Of a stretch of 64,000 bases of DNA, positions 1-8,410 are shown in pieces. How positions within the stretch are numbered: the first letter of the stretch is position 1; the number at the start of each line of letters is the position of its first letter. The notes under the pieces are model-generated. The model was not told the origin of the DNA, did no database searches, and saw only the letters and a program-made list of their open reading frames with translations. The stretch lies in the NCBI GenBank assembly GCA_965200765.1, contig OZ241380.1:2022288-2086287 (forward strand), read 5' to 3'. Position numbers and translations under genes: made by a program. This DNA comes from Arenicellales bacterium. Its GTDB lineage: Bacteria; Pseudomonadota; Gammaproteobacteria; Arenicellales; JAJDZL01.

Positions 1-1034
1 GCTGGCGTGCTCGTACCAAGTAACTCTTTTACGTCATTAACAGATATGATAGGATGCGCATAAAGATGATTCAAAACAATGTGACCGTTTCCAACAATAC
101 GGCCGAAATTCTTTGTGAGCAGCGCTTGATGTTCAATGCGTAATGTAAGAATGTCTCTTGCTGTGACAGTGGCTTGCTCACTTACTTCTGCGACACCTCG
201 GAGAAAGAAGCATAACCATTTCTCCCAAGTACTGGCTTCTCGTATAGATTGTAGTTTCTCGTAGTATTCATCACGATTTTGGTTTAGAAAATCTGAAAGG
301 TAAAGAACGGGATGAAGCAAAACTCTATGCTTACATAGCAATAAAGTAATCAGCAGTCTTCCTAACCGTCCATTGCCATCAACAAATGGATGAATCGTTT
401 CGAATTGTGCATGAATCAGGCCGATTTTAATCAAAAGCGGTAATTTGGAATCACCCTGTATAAATTGTTCCAGTTCAAGGAGCTTTTCTTCAACCAATTC
501 AGGCGGTGGTGGAACAAAATCTGCTTCAAAGAGTTTACAATCTTTTGGTCCTATCCAGTTTTGAATTGTTCGAATCTCACCAGGGTTATATTGCGAGCCT
601 CGCACCTCCCGCAACAATCGTTTGTGGATTCCTCGTATTAACTCAACTGAAATAGAAACATTTTCCAGACGTTTTATCCCATAATTCATGGCTTCTATAT
701 ATCGTATAACTTCATCAACATCTTGGCCGGAACTATGTGGTAAAAGAACTTGTGCTTCTGCGGCTAATACATCATGCAACGAACTTCGAATTCCTTCAAT
801 CCTGTTTGAAAGAACCGCTTCTTTCCGAACATACATGAATACAAAATTATTTTCGTCGGGCAAAGTGTGAATAGACCCATCCAATCGTCCCAGAGCTTGG
901 TCAGCTCTGGAAAGCAACTCCTGAAGTTCTTCAGTAAATTCAACAGGAGGAATGGGAGGTAAGGTGGCTGGAATAAACGCCTTGTATCCTTTCGGTTGGT
1001 CTGCGTAATATCCCGCACGTTGCTGGTTGCTCAT
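1..1034 (-). CDS. Fic family protein (3' end runs off the window; absent from the ORF track)
   Basis: Manual translation from ATG at 1034: MSNQQRAGYYADQPKGYKAFIPATLPP...FVFMYVRKEAVLS...HAQFETIHPFVDGNGRLGRL, the canonical Fic motif HPFxDGNGRxxR. The frame is open to base 1. Confidence 0.92.
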   Translation of the reverse strand, partial: MSNQQRAGYYADQPKGYKAFIPATLPPIPPVEFTEELQELLSRADQALGRLDGSIHTLPDENNFVFMYVRKEAVLSNRIEGIRSSLHDVLAAEAQVLLPHSSGQDVDEVIRYIEAMNYGIKRLENVSISVELIRGIHKRLLREVRGSQYNPGEIRTIQNWIGPKDCKLFEADFVPPPPELVEEKLLELEQFIQGDSKLPLLIKIGLIHAQFETIHPFVDGNGRLGRLLITLLLCKHRVLLHPVLYLSDFLNQNRDEYYEKLQSIREASTWEKWLCFFLRGVAEVSEQATVTARDILTLRIEHQALLTKNFGRIVGNGHIVLNHLYAHPIISVNDVKELLGTSTP

Positions 1035-1074
1035 TGTCAAAATTCCAATTTTAACTACAATTCAATTAAGGCTT

Positions 1075-1548
1075 TATTATGGAAGCACACCCGACCCATA
1101 GTAAAGGCTGCCTTCATCATGGAAGCACACCCGACCCATAGTAAAGGCTGCCTTCATCATGGAAGACCATCCGACCCATAGTAAAGGCTGCCTTCATCAT
1201 GGAAGACCATCCGACCCATAGTAAAGGCTGCCTTCATCATGGAAGACCATCCGCTCCATAGTAAAGGCTGCCTTTATCATGGAAGTCCATTCGCTCCATA
1301 GTAAAGGCTGCCTTTATCATGGAAGACCATCCGACCCATAGTAAAGGCTGCCTTCATCATGGCAGTTCATTCGCTCCATAGTAAAGGCTGCCTTCATCAT
1401 GGAAGTTCATCCGCTCCATAGTAAAGGCTGCCTTCATCATGGCAGTTCATCCGCTCCATAGTAAAGGCTGCCTTCATCATGGCAGTTCATCCGCTCCATA
1501 GTAAAGGCTGCCTTCATCATGGCAGTTCATCCGACCCATAGTAAAGGC
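1075..1548. repeat. Non-coding tandem repeat, 40-bp period, about 12 units: 27-bp near-invariant dyad plus 13-bp variable linker
   Basis: CCATAGTAAAGGC starts at 1096, 1136, ... 1536. Core is CCATAGTAAAGGCTGCCTTYATCATGG; linkers range from AAGCACACCCGAC to CAGTTCATCCGCT. Confidence 0.97.
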
Positions 1549-1740
1549 AGGTGTGATCACAGGAGTCCCTCAGCTCAGATACTCATCTTTGCTTGAAACA
1601 TCCTGTCCATTCGACCATCATCCCGTCCCTCCAATCTCAATCCGACACCTGAATTGGAATGATTTTTCCTGTACTCCACTCCAAATATTTTAGAATAAAA
1701 CAGTTTCTGAAATTTTTTCATCAACTGGAATCTTTGAATC

Positions 1741-2652
1741 ATGTGTGGAATTGTAGGCTTGTACATCAAAAATCCGGATTTCGAACATCGCCTGGGCGAG
1801 TTCGTGTCAGACATGCTGATTGAAATGAGTGAACGCGGTCCGGACAGTGCCGGCTTGGCAGTCTATCGTGACCCCGCACCAACCGGCGGCTCAAAGGTGT
1901 CTTTGTATAGTGTACAGGAAAACGAAAACTGGGCCCATCGCGCCGATCAAATCTCCCGGCACTTCGATGCAGAATTCTCCTTCAAGGTGTTTGCCAGCCA
2001 CGCGGTCATGGTCAGCAAAGTACCAGCCCAGCAAGCCGAACAGTGGATGCGCAATGAATGGCCCGAACTGCGGATTATGAGCGTTGGCGAATCCATTGAA
2101 ATTTTCAAGGAAAAAGGCAATCCCAATGATGTCGTGGAAAAATTCAACTTTCGAAGCTTTTCCGGACAACATGCTGTGGCCCATACAAGAATGGCAACAG
2201 AAAGTGCAGTAACAACCGAGCATTCACATCCGTTTTCAACCGGACTGGACTTGTGTCTGGTACATAATGGCTCATTGTCCAACCACAACCAGCTACGGCG
2301 CGAATTGATTCGGGAAGGCCTCAACTTCGAGACTGACAACGACAGTGAAGTGGCCGCCGGATTTTTGACATGGAGATTACGCCAGGGCGAATCTGTAGAA
2401 GAAGCCTTGAACACTTCACTGAAGCACCTCGACGGTTTCTATACATTCGCAGTGGGTTCAAAATCCGGATTTTCTGTATTGCGGGATCCGATTGCCTGCA
2501 AGCCGGCAGTACTGGCCGAAAACGATGACTGGGTCGCCATGGCCTCCGAATACCGCGCCATTGCAAAACTGCCGAATGCCAAGGAAGCGACCAGATGGGA
2601 ACCGGAACCCGAACAGATTTATAGCTGGGACCACCAATCGGAAGTACACTGA
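1741..2652 (+). CDS. glxB: Class II glutamine amidotransferase, N-methylglutamate synthase subunit A (GlxB/MgsA)
   Basis: N-terminal MCGIVG (Ntn Cys), HTRMATES, VHNGSLSN and ETDNDSEV motifs; operon with glxC/glxD. Confidence 0.9.
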   Translation: MCGIVGLYIKNPDFEHRLGEFVSDMLIEMSERGPDSAGLAVYRDPAPTGGSKVSLYSVQENENWAHRADQISRHFDAEFSFKVFASHAVMVSKVPAQQAEQWMRNEWPELRIMSVGESIEIFKEKGNPNDVVEKFNFRSFSGQHAVAHTRMATESAVTTEHSHPFSTGLDLCLVHNGSLSNHNQLRRELIREGLNFETDNDSEVAAGFLTWRLRQGESVEEALNTSLKHLDGFYTFAVGSKSGFSVLRDPIACKPAVLAENDDWVAMASEYRAIAKLPNAKEATRWEPEPEQIYSWDHQSEVH

Positions 2653-3335
2653 TGACCAACCGCCTGGACTTGGCAACGGAATCGCTTCGCCAAGTGAATT
2701 CAACACTTCACAGCCCGAGCGATTGGAAAGAATTTGAGATTATTCACCCGAAAGGTGTTCATTCCTTGGCCGCGGGTCTCAATGCCACAATTCAGGTGAA
2801 TGTTGACGGCCATGTTGGTTATTACTGTGCTGGCATGAACCAGCTCGCAAGCATCAGAATAGACGGAAATGCAGGTCCTGGTCTCGCTGAAAACATGATC
2901 TCCGGGGAAGTCGTGGTAACGGGCAATGCTTCGCAATATGCCGGTGCCTCGGGGCACGGCGGACTTCTGGTGATACATGGCAACGCGAGTTCGCGTTGCG
3001 GTATATCCATGAAAGGCATCGATATCGTCGTCGGTGGTTCCGTTGGGCATTTCAGCGCCTTCATGGCGCAAAAAGGACGATTGGTGATTTGCGGCGACGC
3101 ATCAAACGACTTGGGCGATTCAATCTACGAAGCACAACTGTTTGTGCGTGGCAAGGTAGCCCGGCTCGGTTCGGACTGCATTGAAAAGGAAATGCGGCCG
3201 GAACATCTGGAACAACTTCAAATACTGCTTGACAAAGCAAAGATGAAGTACTCAGCCAAAGAATTTCGCAGATATGGTTCTGCGCGAAAATTGTACAACT
3301 TCAATATAGACAATGCCGATGCCATCACAGGATAA
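2652..3335 (+). CDS. glxC: GXGXG-motif protein, N-methylglutamate synthase subunit B (GlxC/MgsB)
   Basis: Repeated G-x-x-G beta-helix motifs (GHVGYYCAGMN, GNAGPGLAENM, GNASSRCGISMKG); start overlaps the upstream stop. Confidence 0.9.
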   Translation: MTNRLDLATESLRQVNSTLHSPSDWKEFEIIHPKGVHSLAAGLNATIQVNVDGHVGYYCAGMNQLASIRIDGNAGPGLAENMISGEVVVTGNASQYAGASGHGGLLVIHGNASSRCGISMKGIDIVVGGSVGHFSAFMAQKGRLVICGDASNDLGDSIYEAQLFVRGKVARLGSDCIEKEMRPEHLEQLQILLDKAKMKYSAKEFRRYGSARKLYNFNIDNADAITG

Positions 3336-4653
3336 CCCACCCGAATTTGATCCGCGGTCATTGAGACCGTCTGCACTGTTTCCCGAGCACGTTCTGGCGG
3401 AGATTCATCGCGCCGCGGACCAGGGTGTTTACGAAATTCGCGGATTCGGTGCCAAGCGTTCTCTGCCTACATTTGATGATTTGGTATTTTTGGGTGCGTC
3501 CATGTCCCGATACCCCCTTGAAGGCTATCGGGAAAAATGCGATACCGACGTAGAAATCGGTACCCGTTTTGCTCAAAATCCACTGAAACTCGAAATACCG
3601 ATCACCATAGCCGGCATGAGCTTCGGCGCACTGGGTGCAAATGCCAAGGAATCAATTGGACTTGCGGCAACTGCAATGGGTACTAGTACCACTACCGGTG
3701 ATGGCGGCATGACCGACGAAGAACGCAATTCATCGAAAACTCTCATTTATCAGGTGTTGCCTTCTCGCTACGGCCTGAATCCGGACGACATGCGTCGTGC
3801 CGACGCATTGGAAGTCGTTGTCGGACAAGGTGCAAAACCGGGCGGCGGTGGCATGTTGCTGGGGCACAAGATTACCGAGCGAGTTGCAGCCATGCGCACT
3901 TTGCCGACCGGTATTGACCAGCGAAGTGCCTGCAGACATCCTGACTGGACCGGTCCAGATGATTTGGAAATCAAGATTGAAGAGCTGCGTGAAATCACCG
4001 ACTGGAAAATTCCGATTTTGATCAAAATCGGCGCCACTCGGGTTACCTTTGATGTTGCACTGGCAGTCAAAGCCGGTGCCGATGCCATTGTTCTGGACGG
4101 AATGCAAGGCGGCACGGCCGCAACCCAGGATGTTTTTATCGAGCACGTAGGCATTCCCACTCTTCCCGCTGTGCGTCAAGCTGTAGAATCCCTGGCTGAA
4201 CTGAATATGCATCGCAAGGTCCAACTGATTGTTTCCGGCGGCATTCGTACCGGTGCGGATGTAGCCAAGGCCTTGGCACTTGGAGCCGATGCTGTGTCCA
4301 TCGGCAGTGCTGCAATGGTAGCCCTCGGATGCAATCGTCCTGTCTATCCGGATGACTACGGTAAACTGGGAACCGCACCCGGCTACTGCCATCACTGCCA
4401 TACCGGACGTTGTCCTGTGGGCATTACCACGCAGGACCCGGAACTTGAACAACGGTTGAATCCAAAACAGGGTTCGCGATGGCTGAAAAATTACTTGAGT
4501 ACAATGGTACTGGAGTTGCAGACTCTTGCAAGAGCTTGCGGCAAAACACACGTGCTTCATTTGGAACCCGAAGACATGGTCGCATTGACCGTCGAAGCGG
4601 CGGCCATGGCAAAAGTACCATTGGCGGGCACAAGCTGGATTCCCGGCACTTGA
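3313..4653 (+). CDS. glxD: FMN-binding glutamate synthase family protein, N-methylglutamate synthase subunit C (GlxD/MgsC)
   Basis: AGMSFGAL, GQGAKPGGGG, DGMQGGT and CHHCHTGRCPVG Fe-S motif. Confidence 0.92.
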   Translation: MPMPSQDNPPEFDPRSLRPSALFPEHVLAEIHRAADQGVYEIRGFGAKRSLPTFDDLVFLGASMSRYPLEGYREKCDTDVEIGTRFAQNPLKLEIPITIAGMSFGALGANAKESIGLAATAMGTSTTTGDGGMTDEERNSSKTLIYQVLPSRYGLNPDDMRRADALEVVVGQGAKPGGGGMLLGHKITERVAAMRTLPTGIDQRSACRHPDWTGPDDLEIKIEELREITDWKIPILIKIGATRVTFDVALAVKAGADAIVLDGMQGGTAATQDVFIEHVGIPTLPAVRQAVESLAELNMHRKVQLIVSGGIRTGADVAKALALGADAVSIGSAAMVALGCNRPVYPDDYGKLGTAPGYCHHCHTGRCPVGITTQDPELEQRLNPKQGSRWLKNYLSTMVLELQTLARACGKTHVLHLEPEDMVALTVEAAAMAKVPLAGTSWIPGT

Positions 4654-4698
4654 CATGAACAAACAAATATTTTGTACCCGGCTACGAAGGAGGTGAAT

Positions 4699-6000
4699 AT
4701 GACTGCAGATCTCTCGAGAATCGCAACCGAAAAAGGCATTCGATATTTTTTAATCAGCTATGTTGATTTGTTTGGGGGACTACGCGCGAAGTTGGTGCCG
4801 AGTTCTGCCATTGGCGACATGCAAAAAGATGGCGCCGGTTTTGCCGGGTTTGCAACCTGGCTTGACATGACCCCGGCGCATCCTGACATGCTTGCAATTC
4901 CGGATCCGGACAGTTTGATACAACTGCCCTGGAAACCGGAAGTTGGCTGGCTGGCCGGCGATCTGTGGATGGATGGCAAAGAAGTGGAACAATGTCCGCG
5001 CATCGTTCTGAAACGACAATTGGCCCGCTACGCTGAAAGAGGCTATACACTGAAAACCGGAGTTGAATGTGAATACATGCTTCTGACTCCCGATGGACGA
5101 AGCATTTCCGACGATCGCGATGTACAGGAAAAGCCTTGTTATGACCAAACTGCCTTGATGAGACGTTATGACGTCGTCAGCAGTATCTGCGATGCAATGA
5201 TCGAACTGGGCTGGGGTCCGTATCAAAACGATCACGAAGATGCGAACGGACAATTCGAGATGAATTGGGATTACAGTGATGCTTTGATGACTGCCGACCG
5301 GCATGTATTTTTCAAGTTCATGGTGAAAAGCATCGCCGAACAGCATGGTTACCGTGCGACGTTCATGCCGAAACCATTCATGGATCTGACTGGCAACGGT
5401 TGTCATGCGCATGTCTCCGTGTGGGAGCAAGACAATAATGTTTTTCTGGATGAATCAGGAGAATTGGGCTTGTCAAAGATTGCCTATCAATTTCTTGGCG
5501 GTATTGTTTACAGTGCCCGCGCACTATGCTCGCTTTTCAGTCCGACTGTAAACAGTTACAAACGTATTAACGCACCGCGAACCCGTTCCGGTGCATCATG
5601 GTCTCCCAACTCTGTCACTTACACTGGCAACAATCGTACTCACATGATTCGAATACCGGATGCCGGCCGTTTTGAATTGAGATTAATGGATGGTTCTGCA
5701 AACCCGTATTTGATGCAGGCAGGAATCGCGCTGGCGGGAATGGACGGAATGGATAATCATCGCGACCCGGGGAAACGGCTTGACATTGACATGTATGCCA
5801 ATCCCGAGTTGGCCGGCGATGTACAGAAACTGCCGTTGAATCTGATGGATGCCATTCGGGTCACTCGTGACTGGAGTGTGATCCGGGATGCGATTGGTGG
5901 TGAAATTATTGACAGCTACTGCAACATGAAAGAAACAGAGTGGAATAACTACATGTCGCATCTGTCCGAGTGGGAGCGCAACAACACACTGGATTGCTAA
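4699..6000 (+). CDS. gmaS: Type III glutamine synthetase family / gamma-glutamylmethylamide synthetase (GlnT/GmaS)
   Basis: GAGFAGFATWLDMTPAHPD, DHEDANGQFEMN, FMPKPF..TGNGCHAH. AAGGAGG RBS precedes ATG 4699. Adjacent to glxBCD. Confidence 0.88.
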   Translation: MTADLSRIATEKGIRYFLISYVDLFGGLRAKLVPSSAIGDMQKDGAGFAGFATWLDMTPAHPDMLAIPDPDSLIQLPWKPEVGWLAGDLWMDGKEVEQCPRIVLKRQLARYAERGYTLKTGVECEYMLLTPDGRSISDDRDVQEKPCYDQTALMRRYDVVSSICDAMIELGWGPYQNDHEDANGQFEMNWDYSDALMTADRHVFFKFMVKSIAEQHGYRATFMPKPFMDLTGNGCHAHVSVWEQDNNVFLDESGELGLSKIAYQFLGGIVYSARALCSLFSPTVNSYKRINAPRTRSGASWSPNSVTYTGNNRTHMIRIPDAGRFELRLMDGSANPYLMQAGIALAGMDGMDNHRDPGKRLDIDMYANPELAGDVQKLPLNLMDAIRVTRDWSVIRDAIGGEIIDSYCNMKETEWNNYMSHLSEWERNNTLDC

Positions 6001-6169
6001 ATATCAGCAATCATTGATAAACTTGAAATAATAAATTCAGCATGCCAGTACTGGATTTCGTCCGGTACTGGTTTTTTTTCGAGAACAGGTAATTCTCTCC
6101 CAATACAACTACGGGATGCGCGCCTGTGTCGGAAGTGAATATTACACGGAAAGTTCTGGTTTCTCCTTT
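5977..6169. repeat. Left copy of diverged direct repeat: live gmaS 3' end, terminator and decayed anmK 3' end
   Basis: Aligns by eye with 8215..8410 (CGCAACAACACAYTGGATTGCTAAAT...TCTCCCAATACAACT...TTCTCCTTT). Confidence 0.9.
6045..6079 (+). terminator. Rho-independent terminator after gmaS
   Basis: Hairpin CCAGTACTGGA-TTTCG-TCCGGTACTGG followed by T8. Confidence 0.85.
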
Positions 6170-6229
6170 CCAACGGGAAACACTCTAGACCAACATTTTG
6201 CTTGACATTGATTTGAAAATGCGTAGAAT
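6167..6229 (+). promoter_or_regulatory. TTTCC-N4-GGAAA dyad plus sigma70-like promoter of unit 1
   Basis: TTTCCAACGGGAAA at 6167; TTGACA (6202) - 16 nt - TAGAAT (6224). Confidence 0.7.
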
Positions 6230-6260
6230 AATCAAAATTGAGTAACCTTCACAAACAACG

Positions 6261-6521
6261 GTGAATGCAATGAAAGTTTCCCAAGAAGACAGAATCAGAC
6301 TAGGCAATGCTCTTGCAGAAGCAAGGAAGAATGGCATTGGGTATAACAAATGGTTCGATTCTCTGTCCCCTGAAGACCAGAAGATAGAAGACTACCTGGA
6401 TGACGAGTTCTGTATGATGTCCATCAAGCAAACTATCGAGGAAAACGGTGGCGAAATGCCAGATCCTGATAAGAATCCGGAGTTGTTCTTTCCTTGGAAA
6501 CCAAAGGTAAAAAAGCAATAA
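6261..6521 (+). CDS. Small acidic protein, putative antitoxin copy A1 (family not recognised)
   Basis: 86 aa. Stop overlaps the toxin start (TAATG). Paralogs at 7271 and 7779. Confidence 0.7.
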   Translation: MNAMKVSQEDRIRLGNALAEARKNGIGYNKWFDSLSPEDQKIEDYLDDEFCMMSIKQTIEENGGEMPDPDKNPELFFPWKPKVKKQ

Positions 6522-6958
6522 TGGCGAAAAGAGCCCGTCGCAGAAGAAAAGGGAATCAATGGGAAGTCGTAGGAATGCGGAAGAACATTGATGCCATGAT
6601 TGGTAAATTGAATTTGTCTGACGAATTAAGGAACGATCTTCAAGAATTGGTGAAGTCGCTAACGAACAATCCCGACGTAGTGGACGGCAGACGCATCAAG
6701 AAATTTGGAAAGCAAAAGGGCAGGCAATACTGGCGGGCGCGATCGTACGGAGAGTCAGAAAACTATCGAGTGATGTATTATCTCAAGCCATATCGAAAAA
6801 TGATAGTCGTCACTAAGATCGATGATAGAGAAACAGTTTATCAAGGATCATTGAATGAAAAATTCCGAAGAATTCCGATTTTTCGCCAACTGCCTAGTCC
6901 TTTCTTGGCTGATCTGATGCGAATTGATCGACCAAATAGTAGCCGTAGCCTCCACTGA
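6521..6958 (+). CDS. RelE/ParE-superfamily toxin-like protein
   Basis: ATG at 6521 is coupled to A1. NP..IKK..YWRAR..YRVMYYL..IVVTKIDDRETVY resembles the RelE pattern YRxxYxI...VxxIGHRxxVY. Confidence 0.7.
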   Translation: MAKRARRRRKGNQWEVVGMRKNIDAMIGKLNLSDELRNDLQELVKSLTNNPDVVDGRRIKKFGKQKGRQYWRARSYGESENYRVMYYLKPYRKMIVVTKIDDRETVYQGSLNEKFRRIPIFRQLPSPFLADLMRIDRPNSSRSLH

Positions 6959-7178
6959 GGGAGTCAAGCACCTGCTGTACGAAGAACTGAATATTGTCGG
7001 ATCTTGAATGGGGTTAGTCTGGCATGCAAATGACAAAGTACATTAGATTGTGAATTCTTGCACAGGCCGAGTTTATAATATTTTCGAATCCCGAAAAATC
7101 GGGGAAGTAAGACTCTGAGAAGTGGCAGGCACCGGCACGTCTGAAACTCGTAAATCGCTGAAAATTTACTTTAGATTC

Positions 7179-7241
7179 TTTCCAACGAGAAACACTCTAG
7201 ACAAACATCTTGCTTGACATAAATTTGAAAATGCGTAGAAT
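7179..7241 (+). promoter_or_regulatory. Dyad plus sigma70-like promoter of unit 2
   Basis: TTTCCAACGAGAAA at 7179; TTGACA (7214) - 16 nt - TAGAAT (7236). Confidence 0.65.
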
Positions 7242-7270
7242 AATTAATATTCGAGTAACCTTCACAAACA

Positions 7271-7534
7271 ATGGTGAAAACAATGAAAGTTTCCCAAGAA
7301 GACAGAATCAGACTAGGCAATGCACTTGCAGAAGCAGAGAAGAATGGAACCGGATATGATGAATGGTTCGATTCGCTGTCCCCGGAAGACCAGAAGAAAG
7401 AAGACTACCTGGACGACGAATTCTGCATGATGCTCGTCAAGCAAACTATCGAGGAAAACGGTGGCGAAATGCCAGATCCTGATAAGAATCCGGAGTTGTT
7501 CTTTCCTTGGAAACCAAAGGTTAAAAAGAAATAA
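7271..7534 (+). CDS. Putative antitoxin copy A2 (orphan; toxin deleted)
   Basis: 87 aa, near-identical to A1. Stop is followed directly by the post-toxin segment ATGACAAAGTACATTAG. Confidence 0.7.
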   Translation: MVKTMKVSQEDRIRLGNALAEAEKNGTGYDEWFDSLSPEDQKKEDYLDDEFCMMLVKQTIEENGGEMPDPDKNPELFFPWKPKVKKK

Positions 7535-7683
7535 TGACAAAGTACATTAGATTGTGAATTCTTGCACAGGCCGAGTTTGTAATATTTTCGAATCTCGAAA
7601 AATCGGGGAAGTAAGACTCTGAGAAGTGGCAGGCACCGGCACGTCTGAAACTCGTAAATCGCTGGAAAATTGTCTTTAAATAT

Positions 7684-7746
7684 TTTCCAACGGGAAACAC
7701 TCTAGACAAACCCCTTGCTTGACATTAACTTGAAAATGCGTAGAAT
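7684..7746 (+). promoter_or_regulatory. Dyad plus sigma70-like promoter of unit 3
   Basis: TTTCCAACGGGAAA at 7684; TTGACA (7719) - 16 nt - TAGAAT (7741). Confidence 0.65.
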
Positions 7747-7778
7747 AATAACAGACTGAATAACCTTCACAAACAACG

Positions 7779-8027
7779 GTGAATGCAATGAAAGTTTCCC
7801 AAGAAGACAGAATCAGACTAGGCAATGCTCTTGCAGAAGCAAGGAAGAATGGCATTGGGTATAACAAATGGTTCGATTCGCTGTCCCCGGAAGACCAGAA
7901 GAAAGAAGACTACCTGGACGACGAATTCTGCATGATGCTCGTCAAGCAAACTATCGAGGAAAACGGTGGCGAAATGCCAGATCCTGATAAGAATCCGGAG
8001 TTGTTCTTTCCTTGGAAACCAAAGTAA
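7779..8027 (+). CDS. Putative antitoxin copy A3
   Basis: 82 aa. A 1-nt deletion relative to A1 (CCAAAGTAA versus CCAAAGGTAA) gives an earlier stop. Confidence 0.68.
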   Translation: MNAMKVSQEDRIRLGNALAEARKNGIGYNKWFDSLSPEDQKKEDYLDDEFCMMLVKQTIEENGGEMPDPDKNPELFFPWKPK

Positions 8028-8037
8028 AAAAGCAATA

Positions 8038-8118
8038 ATGGCGAAAAGAGCCCGTCGCAGAAGAAAAGGGAATCAATGGGAAGTCGTGGGAATTTTGCGG
8101 GAACTAGAATGGGATTGA
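8038..8118 (+). pseudogene. Truncated RelE-like toxin (first 18 codons, then an internal deletion)
   Basis: MAKRARRRRKGNQWEVVG is identical to the 6521 ORF start, then joins sequence homologous to about 6990-7040. Confidence 0.85.
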
Positions 8119-8214
8119 TCTGGCATGCAAGTGACAAAGTACATTAGATTGTGAATTCTTGCACAGGCCGAGTCTGTAACAATTTCGCCTTGAAATTCTT
8201 TCCAACAGGAAATA

Positions 8215-8410
8215 CGCAACAACACATTGGATTGCTAAATTTCAGCAATGATGTATATTGATGCATTCAAACACTAAATCAATATTTGCCAGTACTCGGA
8301 TTCGTCCGGTACTGGCTTTTTTCATGGATAGGTAATCTCTCCCAATACAACTTTGGAACGCGCACCTGTAACGGAAGGAATATTGCCCGGTAGGTTTTGG
8401 ATTCTCCTTT
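8215..8410. repeat. Right copy of diverged direct repeat: dead gmaS 3' end, terminator and live anmK 3' end
   Basis: CGCAACAACACATTGGATTGCTAA repeats the last gmaS codons (RNNTLDC*). Hairpin GCCAGTAC..GTACTGGC-T6 at 8288-8322. Confidence 0.9.

Noticed and set aside
1075-1548. 40-bp array as a second CRISPR array
   Set aside because: The variable segments are only 13 nt and clearly related to each other, the period is fixed, and no cas genes are adjacent.
3730-4662. Long antisense ORFs opposite glxD, glyA (42643..43614), the IS5 transposase (46542..47630) and atpFH
   Set aside because: No recognisable motifs; typical antisense shadows of well-supported genes.
6167-8212. Units as dif/pdif modules or integron cassettes
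   Set aside because: No XerC/XerD 11-6-11 consensus, no attC R/L boxes and no recombinase gene seen.
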